This document shows, one piece after another, positions 1-9,992 of a stretch of 14,741 nucleotides of DNA. The notes under the pieces were generated by a model, which worked only from the letters and a program-made list of their open reading frames with translations, made no database searches and had not been told where the DNA came from. The stretch lies in contig NC_092066.1 of the NCBI RefSeq assembly GCF_039877785.1, positions 5,443,152 to 5,457,892 on the forward strand, written 5' to 3'. The first letter of the stretch is position 1; each line of letters opens with the position of its first letter. A program made the position numbers and the translations under genes. Source of the DNA: Chaetodon trifascialis. Taxonomy: Eukaryota.

Positions 1-1665
1 AACACCAGCTGTTTTCTGCATCGAGTTAGCAGATGAAACCTCGACGATGTTCCAATTTCTCATGGAGAATATGTTCTTTTGTGAATTGTTTTCACCCATC
101 TGGTTTTGCTTTGAGCGCAGTCCCAAAGGACTTGTTTACAGCTCCGTGCATCATCTCAGGAATCAGAAATACAACTCAAACTTGCAGTTTTACTGTGTAA
201 TCAGATATACAGATAAAAGGTTTCTCTGCTTGTTTGCCTCCTTTGTGTATTTATGTCAATCTTAACAGTGCGAAGAAGGGCCCAGATGTTTGACAGGCTG
301 TCTTACAGTATGTCCAAGTTTTGATGTGTTGGTACAAATGTGGGAGGGACAGGGAGTTCACTTTCTGGATGTAACGAGGCTAATATTAAGCATTATTTTT
401 TAGGCCAGTATACATTATACAGAGCTGATGATAAAAGAGATTTCATAAGAAATTCTGCAAGACAAAAACCAGAATCTGTCAAAGTCCATACTGAGTGCCA
501 CAAACACACTGCTTATTACTGGGTTACCACTGTAAATAGAAACAGGCCACCATAAAGTGCAATAGCACACATGTGAACTCACTATGAAGCATTAAAGACA
601 CTGTCAGTTATCATATAGGAACATTAGTAAACCATAAGGGAGAAGCAGCTACAGTACATTATATCATATTGTATTGGCTTGATGCATGCAGTGATTTTGC
701 ATACACACATGCCACAATGTGACAAGACAAAGACATCAGGAAAATTACTGTAATGCCATTAAAAGGCCATTAAAGAGATAAATAGACATAGTTTGTACAG
801 AGGGAGATCAAAGATACAATGTGATGTCAGAAAGGTTGAACTAATGACAAGCATTAAAAATCATTTGTTCTAAAAACACTCGTGTTTCACTTATTGTTTC
901 TTCACTCGTATGTTTGAGCTTCACTGTGCAGGACGACGAATGCAGAGTCTGACGCTGTCTGTTCACGTCCATCTGCCGAAGAGGGAAAGTTTCTTTACAC
1001 TCATCTTAAATCTGAGTTTAACATGTGAAATACAAGCAGGATTTTGCGTCATTACAACTCGTTTGGAGGCCAATTATGGTCCAGCGTGCAACTTACACAA
1101 GTGTGATGTGGAAACCTGAAGACTCCGGCACACTAAGTGGATCTTTCAGTGAAGTAGAAAACATCTTGAGCGCAGCTGTTAAACTTTTGAAATGAAAAAT
1201 ATTTGCATATTCATAGATTCTAGTTTTTTCAGTGAGGGAGAGGAAGATTTAAGAATTTTGAACATTGCTCTTAAAAGAAAACAAGTGAGTCACAAATCAT
1301 TTTTACAGCATAGTATTTTTATATGACTTTAAACGTTCGGATCATTAATAAATCACAGACTAATGCTTAATAGAGCAGACATTAATAACAAACACTTCTG
1401 GGTTACCAGGTTGTGAAGATTTTCTCTGGCTGTTGAGTAACTGAGTTTCACTTTCTGATAAGCCATCAAATTAGCATTTATAAAATTATTAATAAAAGGT
1501 AATTAACCATTCAATTTGTAATCATAAATTGTTAGTAAGGGTCAAAAAGTAACACTAAAAGTGTGCAAGACACCCATAATATTGATGTTACTCAATAATA
1601 AAAGGTTCAGTGAAGCTAAATATAAGCTGCATTTGTGACTGTTAACAGATTGTTAATTAACAGTG

Positions 1666-1703
1666 TGGTTTTGTTTTTGTTTGTTTTTTTTTTTGTTTTT
1701 TTG
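1666..1703. repeat. T-rich microsatellite, (GTTTT)n / (T)n imperfect
   Basis: Sequence reads ggttttgtttttgtttgtttttttttttgttttttt. It is preceded by a short direct repeat, ttaacag...ttaattaacag. Confidence 0.9.
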
Positions 1704-2160
1704 CCACTTTCCAGATTAGAGTTTATATGAGGAACTAAAGAGCTGAAAAGACAAAGCTAGTGTGACACAAGAGGAAGATAAACCCGAGCCACAACCTGGC
1801 AACCCAGAAACTGTGCTTATTAATGACTGACTGGGAAATCACTGACAAATCAAATTAATAAAGGCTTTTGCCTCATTATAGTTACAAAGTGAAGATCCTT
1901 TATAAAAAGGGATTCACTGTACAAGTGGTACTAAAAATATTAGCGGAATATTATTAGAAAATATCACAACATAAGTGACAGTAACAGAAAAAAGTGGGGA
2001 TAAGGTCACCATGAATGAATTTAAGTCGGAAAATGAAAGCAGGTTAAAAATGCATTTGTGCAGTTCGTTAACATGTACTAATAAAAGCAGCAGTAATTAC
2101 TGCAGGTACCTCCCCTGAGTGGATTTAATTTTCTGCATCACATCTTCTGTTCATTAAGAC

Positions 2161-2188
2161 AAAAAAAAAAGAAGAAGAAGAAAAAAAA
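2161..2188. repeat. A-rich/(GAA)n simple repeat
   Basis: Ten A, then gaagaagaa, then g and eight A. It lies immediately upstream of the CpG-rich block. Confidence 0.9.
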
Positions 2189-2345
2189 GCATGTCAGAGC
2201 AGGCGTGTGCGCGCGCAGCAGAGACAGTGAGCTCGCGGTGCAGAGAGCGCCGCTGTGACAGTGGGAAGCACAATCCGCGTGCAGCCAGCACGAGGCGAAC
2301 ACCTACCAGCGTGCAGTGAGCGATGACTGGACGCAAAACGGTAAG
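2189..2345 (+). promoter_or_regulatory. CpG-rich promoter-like block / candidate 5' exon (possibly bidirectional)
   Basis: About 150 bp with roughly 14 CpG dinucleotides (gcgcgcgc, ctcgcgg, cgccgctg, ccgcgtg, ggcgaac, cagcgtg, gcgatg, gacgcaaaacgg). The flanking kilobases are almost free of CpG. The block ends in an ATG at 2323 with a purine at -3, followed 18 nt later by a gtaaga splice donor. On the minus strand there is an ATG at 2336 followed after 30 nt by a gtaggt donor. Orientation is therefore ambiguous. Confidence 0.4.
2323..2340 (+). CDS. candidate first coding exon (ATG ACT GGA CGC AAA ACG | gtaagag), product unknown
   Basis: ATG in an acceptable Kozak context (gagcgATGa), followed after 6 codons by a GTAAGA donor at 2341. 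A 42-codon upstream ORF runs 2191-2319 and ends just before this ATG. I see no homology. Eighteen nucleotides are too few to test coding statistics. Confidence 0.2.
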
Positions 2346-2576
2346 AGCAGCGCTGCAAACGTTGCCTCACTCAGCTTTTAATGCCTTTTAGATGGGAAAA
2401 AGCTGTAAGCTGAAATGTTGTAATGAAGACTTACGGAGACGTTACCACGAGATTTATGTTGAGTTTTATTTGTAAGTTTGAAGAAAATGCAGACTCTGTA
2501 TTTACAGTGTTCAGTTAGATCTCCTCAAAAATCTGCTTAAATTGCTGTTCCTTTCTCTAAGCAATGAGAGTAATGG

Positions 2577-2596
2577 AAAAAAAAAAAAAAAAAAAG
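2577..2596. repeat. poly(A) homopolymer (20 nt)
   Basis: An uninterrupted A run. It may be the tail of a retroposed element, or a plain homopolymer. Confidence 0.9.
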
Positions 2597-4232
2597 CTAA
2601 GTTCTGAGAAGTGTACATCACTGTTAATGTTAACAGCTGCCTGTAAGCACTCAAAGTGACTCCAGCTGAGACATGAACTATTGTTTGGTGGATGCAGGAT
2701 GTGCAGTAATGCTTTACAACCACTAACTTGTCAAGAGCAGATGATAAATGAGGAAAATTCTCCCTGGATGGAGAGGAAAAGTTGGACAACTCTCCAAACT
2801 GTTGTTAAGAAATGTTATAATCAGATCTAATTTTACCTCTGTATCATGGATTACACAAGAACTTGTTTTGATTGTGCAACGAGGATTTGAGGAAGGCAAT
2901 TTATAGATACGCTGCTCTATACTGTAGTAAACTCTTACCCAAATGGTTCCCTGTGATATTTTTTCCTCTCTTATTACTTATGGGACTCTTCCTTTCCACT
3001 CCTCTGCAGTCCACTGATTTATGTAATGTTGCTGGAATGAAAAGTGCTGCGCAGGGGGTGGAAATCTGGCTTTCTGAGAGTCAAACAGATGAGGAGGCTT
3101 GTTTTAATCATTAGTCTCATGGTATCACTGGCATGGAGCTTGTGCAGGGGAATCATGGTTTGTACTCGCAGGCCTCGGCCGGTGTTCCCATTGCACAGAG
3201 GTGTGTGCAGTGAGCGCTGAATCACTGTTAATTTTACCATTTTCCTTGTTTACTCATATGCATCTGGCTATTAAAGTGGTAATAAACAAGGTTTGTATTG
3301 TTCCAAAAGAAATTACCCTGATATGCCTTTGGGAGGTTGATCAGGTTGTTGATCAATACCAGTGACTCAGCAATTATTTCACCAGATGCTCAGATTGTTT
3401 GTTCAAGTGCTCAGATGGAGCGTGGTGCTACAAGCAAGAGACAGCAGCGAGCCAAGATTCGTTTCGCCCTAAACTATTTGTTTGCCCTGGCAGCGCATGT
3501 TCGCCTGGGTTTCACACCAGGGGAAGAAATAACAAAAGCATTTCAGTTTTAGTGGATTGGATGAATGGGTTTCGTCCATTTGCCACTACACGTATGTGGC
3601 AAAAATGACTAAAAAACAAAGGGTGACATGAGGCCACGTTGCTAGAGAAAGCATCATTTCATAAGGGACACAAATTTTGACGCAACACTTTTGTCCAGTT
3701 TTGCACTTCGGTCCTGACCTTGGAGGCAGTCGTTGAATCAGCTGGGATGAGGTCAAACGCTCCCAAACAAGCGAGTAAGTGGACTTTTAGTTAAAACTGT
3801 TATCTTGAGAAAATAATCTGAGCTCGAGGTTCAATTGCAAGCGTTTTCTGGAGCTTTCAACCCTACAATCTTCATCATTGAATGGAAATTGCTCAGCCAA
3901 CAAAAAGAAGGAGCTATTAGCCGACCTTGAGTTGAGATTATTTTGCCAAACGAACACTACGGTACTTAGCATCCTGAATTACTGCCCCTTTGCTCAGTGG
4001 CTGTGTTGGACCTGTCACTCAGTATCGGCCCACCACATGCTTTCATACACATTAAAGTGATTTCATACCTGGCTGAGGTGAAATAGTTGGCATATCAATA
4101 AAAAAAGATTGATGGAAATACAAATACAACTTCCTCACATTCTTGCCTTATTTCTATCAGCATAACATGGTTCTACTCAAAGGAACAATTTGACATTTTG
4201 GGAAATTGCTGAGGGTTAGGTTAGGAGCTCTG

Positions 4233-4751
4233 TGCCGCTCTCATACCTGCCCAGTAAATATTAAGCTACAACTAGCAGTTGGTTAGCTTTAACAAAGGCT
4301 GGAAAGAGGGGGAAACAGCTGGACACATAAACATTAAAGTGACAATTGGTGGCGTTATAAAGGACTGCATGCTGTACTATTTTGTGGCAAACAGCAGTTT
4401 ATACGTCCTCCCAGCATTTCTATTCATCATCATTGGTCATTCATTGTTGGTTTCCTGGTAACATCTGTATTAATGAATGAATGAATATAAAGCTACAGCC
4501 AGCAGATCGTTAGCTTAGCATAAAGACTGGAAACGGGGGAAACAGCTTGCCTGACTCAGTCTAAAGCTACAAAATCTGACTGCTAACAAATATCCTGATA
4601 AATTAGCTTTAGTGTTGCCAGTTTTTATGTTTGAACTATGGACAGAACCAGGCTAGCTAACAGTTTACACCTGCTTCCAGTCTTTATGCAAAGCTATGCT
4701 AAGCTAATCACCTCCTGGCCCTATGCTGCATGCACAGATATGAGAGTGGTA
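4233..4751 (+). mobile_element. MITE-like nonautonomous DNA element with long TIRs (copy B, carries a duplicated left arm)
   Basis: Left terminus tgccgctctcatacctgcccagtaaatattaagctacaactagcagttggttagc... Right terminus ...gctatgctaagctaatcacctcctggccctatgctgcatgcacagatatgagagtggta. The reverse complement of the right end aligns to the left end (ccactctcatatctg vs ccgctctcatacctg). A second copy of the left arm lies at 4484-4555 (aagctacagccagcagatcgttagcttagcataaagactggaaacgggggaaacagcttgcctgac). The matching right arm is at about 4650-4749. The internal segment 4556-4650 matches the internal segment of copy A (gtctaaagctacaaaatctgac vs gtcttaaagtaacaaaaccctac). Confidence 0.6.
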
Positions 4752-5679
4752 TCAACTCTTGGCAAGAAGCTAATTATTCAAAAAAATGTCAAACCATCCC
4801 TTTAACCAACAAACCCCAAAACTAAAACAACACAAATGGCAGCAGTATGAAAAACGGTGCTTGTAGAAGAAACCTGACATAAGTTAAGTACGTTACATAT
4901 GAGACCTTACGTACATGATACAAGTCATTACTACGTAAGTTATTTATGCACACACATTAAAATAATTGACTTCATTGAAGTCACCTGGCTCTGAGAGTCT
5001 AATAGTGTTGTGGACGGGTTTACATTGAAGTTAGCTCCTGAGTTGGCGCATCTCCCACAGACCCTGAAGGGTACCTTGTGCACTGGTATGAGGTGCCAAG
5101 GTGGCGGGGAACAAAATGCGGGAATTAGAATGATCAGGAAGTTAAATTTTGGGAAAAGTTGGAAACTTTCCAGAGTTACTGGATCTTTCGATGACGTAAT
5201 CTTGTTACGCCCTCTTTGTACTATTTGCATTAAACCAGCTGATGGAAATACCTGTTGAGCCAAACTTTCTTTTGTTGACTTTTTGGAAATGTGATTAAAA
5301 TTTGAGCAATATTCGGATGGACACGACTTATTACTGCAATTCCCACTGGTGGCCGACAGCGGTCATTTAAAGTCATAGCTTACTTACTAATACTCCTTTA
5401 ATACTTGTGTTTACATTACGTAGAACAAGATGACCTAATGTATTTAATTAAGGGCTCAAAGTCAGTGAGAAACTCTGATCATATGGGACGTATTAGTGTT
5501 AGGCAAGAAACAAATTTGCTTTCTCTTACACAAATATTTGTAACCATGTCTTTGAAAAAACAGCCCGGAGTCTGAATTTGTCACATCCGATCTCAAACTA
5601 GTTTGGACTGCTGTTTTATGACAGCGGTGCCTGTGTTCAGAGCGCGCTGATGAAATGGTTCGTCACTTGTTTTTCTCAG

Positions 5680-5846
5680 CTGCCCGGTCCCTACATACCT
5701 TTCACGGACATTAACTGTGATTGCCCTACAAGCAGAGCTCATTTTGGTTTGGTTCAGAAATATTATTGCTGGCTAGAGGTGCGTGCTCTTTTGCAACACC
5801 CAAGGGTGACACAGCTGGGTAATACGACCCGCAGCGAGTATCAGAG
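5680..5846 (+). CDS. candidate internal exon (acceptor ttgtttttctcag| ; donor cagag|gtaactg), product unknown
   Basis: Strong polypyrimidine-plus-CAG acceptor ending at 5679. Good GTAACT donor at 5847. One frame of three is open across all 167 nt (LPGPYIPFTDINCDCPTSRAHFGLVQKYYCWLEVRALLQHPRVTQLGNTTRSEYQ). The segment sits inside a local CpG cluster at 5560-5850. Openness of one frame over 55 codons is not statistically compelling. Confidence 0.15.
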
Positions 5847-6944
5847 GTAACTGTTTCAACATTGTTTCTGGTGTGTATTAACTGGAGGCCAATGTCTTTT
5901 TAAATCATGTTTACTTGGGAAATTATTTCAAGTCCCAGAACTTTTCTTCTAAGCACAGTCCAGTGAATTAGTGGGATTATAAAAGTTCCAGTTAATACAC
6001 GGAGGGTACTTTATCTGTACATGATGATTATAAACTCCAGATTCTTGCTTCGGGTTATTCTCACAATGCTTCAATGGAAAACAAATGTATTAAAGAAATA
6101 TGTGTGTGTATCTAGATTCTTTGGTTTAGATTTGGTTTCCATTGTATTTGCAGGCGCACCCTTCATCTTCCTGGTTGAGTGATTTGTTGATTCAGTGTTG
6201 GACTGCGGTGAAAGAAATACTCAGATTTATTCATTAAAGCACCACTGCAACTACAAGTTAAAGTAAAGCAGCTATTATTGAAAATGCAAAATGTTAGTCT
6301 GAAAAATAAATGGACCTGTTATGTTCAGCAAAAAATTAAGCAAAAACTTGTCTGAAGTTCATTAATTGATTGGCCAGATAGTTTATTCAGCCTGATATAC
6401 TGACTTTCATCGTTCAATTCAAAGAAAAGCATCAAAGTGTCATAAAAGCCTTGTAGTTACAACTTTTGAGATTTTTTTCACTTCATTTTAAAGCAGTATT
6501 AATCGATTTTTGGCCGCATGGGGACAGTTGAACAATATCTGACATATTAGCACCATTTAAGCTTGATGTGGCGGCTAATTTCTTACACCTATTTACACAT
6601 CCAGCAGATACAGACAACCGTAGCATTCATGTTTTTGGCCACTGGATCAATATTCACTCCCTGTTTAGTTCTGGCCTGGTTTCCATCACGTGTTGAGTGA
6701 AATTTCTGGGTCTTAACCTCTATGTTCACCAGCTAGTCGCTAACTGTGTTTGTCTGCTGGTTGGTGATGGTAGCGTTCAGTCGGTTTGTCAGAGCTCTTT
6801 TGCTGAAAACAGCTAACCTGTGTTGATGAGTGCGGTGAGAGTGAAGCAAAATAGTAAAATCGTGGGTTGAACAACCAAAATAATGATTCAAAATAGACTA
6901 AAAGACTTCGTAAAGCTGGGACGAACTGCAGAGTTGGTGAGAAT

Positions 6945-7035
6945 CCTCTATGGGTTTGACATATTGTAGTACAATTCAATTGTAGTATAACAAATATGAT
7001 TAGCACAGCTTAGCCTTAGCTTTAGCATTAGCCCA
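6945..7035 (+). mobile_element. probable solo terminal fragment of the same MITE-like family
   Basis: acaaatatgattagcacagcttagccttagctttagcattagcc aligns to the left-arm consensus aaatatcaagttacagccagcagctggttagcgtagcttagcataaag. No matching partner arm lies nearby. Confidence 0.3.
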
Positions 7036-8169
7036 CAGAGATGCATGTCTGCAGGCTAAAGCAGTTTGACAACCTCTTGAACCTACTTCTTGAAGCTTTT
7101 TTCTTCTTGAAAAGTTTACATTCTGGAGGTGAAGACATGAGGCTTTTATAAAGAATAACACAATCAATTAGAAATTAATTTACTTTCAGTTCCTATGAGG
7201 TCTTCAGTGGGAGGTTAAAGTTGCAGCAAAGAGAGGAGAATTTAATTAAATCACTACAGCAGCAATAAACAACATTGTAGCATACATATTGGTGAATAAA
7301 TCTAGCAGCAAAGAGGAACAGTCGTGCTAAATGAGAATATTATTATGTCGGATAAAAAGTATATGTCTTACAGAGCACGTAGTCACAGCCAGTAGTAACA
7401 AAATGTACTGTTTTTACATGAGTTGGTGTTGGGACACGTACACTAAAAAGAGGAGCATAGTGCATGTGGAGGGAGTTGTTGCAATAAAGTTTAAATATTA
7501 TTGCTGGGAGCCACCTAAAACTAACATACAGGCATAACAAATATAGCAGTTAAATTAAAGAGATCTGTCAAGATTAATGACGCCTCGCAGAATCTGTGAA
7601 GCAGACGTACACACAGCTTTGCTCGTTTCATCCGCTCCCACAGGAAAACGAATTTACATTTCAAAGTTTTAGGACAAAAAAAATAAAAAGAGGAACGATT
7701 CAAAGGCTTCAGAGGCCCTGCTGGAAACACAGGTAGAAACGTCTGGTGTGAACTTAAATGAGAGTTTTCAGTGATGCTCAGACAGAAAAGTTTTGTTTTA
7801 GCAGCAACAAGTTAGAATCCCAACCTGGAACAAGTGTACGCTCACAGTATTAATTCAATTTTGAGTAATTTAATAAGCTTTTCTTCCCCCTTACCGAACT
7901 CTCTTGGCTTCTTTCCTGCCCTTCTAATCCCAAATGTATTTGCAATATGACTCCAAAACTTCCACTCACTTTTGGAAAAAAAGCTATTGCTATCTGCTAG
8001 CTGTGGTCTGGCACAAAACTCTGGGCCTCGTTCATGCCTCAGTAGGCCCCCGTCCCCCTTTTAATACAGCATTGTCTCTCCAGCAAGTAAACACATGCAT
8101 CTGTTGTGGTTTGTAGGTTAATCAGTATTGAAGTGCTTGTAATGCAATTGAGATGGTTTACTTCTCAAC

Positions 8170-8550
8170 ATGCAGCGCTTAAGTGTCAGAACGTTGTTTC
8201 AGTCACAGTTTTTAGGATCTCCATTATACACGCCAAGGCTGTCAGGATGGTTCTTCAGAAATGCTTGTCGGATGGTTGAATCGCTCAGAAACACCCTCCT
8301 CCCACAGTTCGATGACAGCGGACGACAGGGGGGCGCCGTGTCAGATGATTTCTGTAACTTTCTGAAACCGCTGATCCGACATTCGCACTTCATGCCGTGT
8401 GAGGCGAGAAGAGAGCCGCCGTTTGAACCTTGTTCATTCTTGACACAACTATTCCTGTCGCTTTTCACGCAAACGGCTTTTTGATTTCCAACAAGGTCGG
8501 ACAACACGTTGAGGGAACCACTTCTGATTGAGCGTAAGCCAACCATAAGA
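8170..8550. promoter_or_regulatory. CpG island-like segment with overlapping 104-aa (+) and 115-aa (-) ORFs; exon, unmethylated regulatory island or young repeat
   Basis: About 25 CpGs in roughly 380 bp (ttcgatgacagcggacgacaggggggcgccgtgtc, accgctgatccgacattcgcacttcatgccgtgtgaggcgagaag, gccgccgtttg, cacgcaaacggc, gtcggacaacacgttgagg), against a background of under 1 CpG per 100 bp. The track shows ORFs 8170-8484 (+) and 8199-8546 (-). Neither peptide matches a family I recognise. Confidence 0.35.
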
Positions 8551-8936
8551 AAGGATTACTGTGTTACTGCACCAACCCAGTCTGTTGAAATTACCTTTAG
8601 CAGCCACTTTATGAGCTTATCTTGTCAGTATCTTGTCATCCTCAGTTACATGTGGCTGTTTCTCACACCAAAGACAATGCTGCTTCATTTATCAGCAAGC
8701 TAACGCCAATAATATTACTAATACTACTAATTAGCCAAGTTACATACCGATATTAAACACTCGCTTTCCCTCTTATTGCCTTCTGTCTCACTCCTCTTTG
8801 TCTATTTTCGTTTGGTATCCTGATTTTATTATTGTTTTTTATGATGGAAATTGCGTCAAAGTCACCAGCATCAGTGCTAGCTGTTAGTGGACTAACACCC
8901 TGCGGACTAAACCATTTGCACCTTTCGGAGCGGCTC

Positions 8937-8958
8937 GAATGTTATGAATGTTATGAAT
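8937..8958. repeat. short tandem duplication (gaatgttat)x2.4
   Basis: Sequence reads gaatgttatgaatgttatgaat. Confidence 0.8.
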
Positions 8959-9414
8959 AACACTATCATGCCAATAAATTGCAGATAAAAGCAAACAGCT
9001 CCAGGCCTGTGGGGGGCCCTCGCCATTGTGGCGCTTTAATTCCACTATTACCTTCATTACTACACCCCTGTCTGGTAGTTGTGTAAAATTAATTCCCCCA
9101 TGACATCATATGGAGGAGCGCTGCACGAAGAGCTGGAAAGTGTTGCTTGATATAGTCCCGCTTGATCTATTGGCAGAAATAGTGATGCTTCACCAAATGT
9201 AGGCCATAAAAAACCACGAGATGCAAAACATAATCTATTTTCACAAGGTTTCTCAGACCAAATACCACCCAAAATTTGTTTGGAAAGACACAAGTCAGCA
9301 GCACCCACCACACCAGACTCACTGCATCACAGAAGAGTTTTAACAGGCGTCTTGTGAAGCTGCTCCTATTTCAAGCGGCTGGCAGGCCGAGGAGTCCAAG
9401 CCGAGTCCATAGGC

Positions 9415-9422
9415 GCTGCTCC

Positions 9423-9466
<44 letters not shown>
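9415..9466. repeat. (GCT)n / (CAG)n trinucleotide microsatellite: 14 perfect units at 9424-9465 plus 2 flanking units interrupted by CCG
   Basis: Sequence reads gctgctccggctgctgctgctgctgctgctgctgctgctgctgctgctgctgg. It produces the poly-Cys (+) and poly-Ala (-) ORFs in the track. The other + frames read poly-Ala and poly-Leu. The other - frames read poly-Gln and poly-Ser. Confidence 0.95.
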
Positions 9467-9467
<1 letters not shown>

Positions 9468-9992
9468 CCCTGCTGTATCTGGTTCACGGGCTCTGCTCAC
9501 ACTGTCTTGTGGTTTGGACGGAGCCACTGTCATTTCACAGGAATTTCCTGCCATCTGCGCTCAGTCAAAGTTTCTCACAGATCCACACCTGCTTGTAAAT
9601 GTTTAGGTTTGCCAGGAGGAGAGGACGGAGGGCTAGGTGAGCGCTGATGGGGGAAGAGGAAGAGATCCGCACGAGCATTTTGGCTTGAGTGTAGAAACAA
9701 TGAAATGTAAGCTCGCTTGTTTGTGAAGGAAATTTGATTTTTATTGAAGACAGCAATTTGCTGATGTTTAGATAGAATGAGGAGATGAGTGTATTCCTGC
9801 ACTCACACTCTTGCAGATATGTGTGCTGTTGTGCATGTCAAAGGTGAAGGAAGTTTTCAGATCCTCTGTTTGAATAGTATAGCTATACAACAATGCAAAA
9901 ATACTCTAACTGAAATACTGACGTTATGGAAAATAATCTTTTTCGTTTTCTTGCTGAGAATTAGATTACATTTATTTAGATGGGAAGATTGA

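Noticed and set aside
2154-2336. 60-aa minus-strand ORF across the CpG block and the A/GAA tract
   Set aside because: Its C-terminal half is poly-Phe/Leu from translating the A/GAA tract on the reverse strand. High GC content generates open frames on several strands here. Only the ATG-plus-donor arrangement is kept, as a low-confidence first exon.
2511-2789. 92-aa minus ORF
   Set aside because: It contains an FFFFFFF run from the A20 homopolymer. It is a low-complexity artefact.
4270-4300. tRNA D-arm-like motif tagcagttggttagc inside the MITE left arm, which would suggest a tRNA-derived SINE
   Set aside because: Only one of the four arm copies has the motif intact. There is no B-box (GGTTCGANNCC) at the right distance and no cloverleaf. 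The element has TIRs, which SINEs lack.
4906-4939. cttacgta ... tacgtaag 8-bp inverted repeat with an 18-nt spacer in a tacgta-rich patch
   Set aside because: This is a short stem in roughly 65% AT sequence with a palindromic hexamer (TACGTA) that self-pairs trivially. It is likely incidental or part of a degraded repeat.
9276-9647. 123-aa + strand ORF, the longest in the window
   Set aside because: Its core is 13 consecutive Cys codons produced by reading TGC through the (GCT)n microsatellite. Poly-Cys is not a plausible protein. The ORF length is a repeat artefact.
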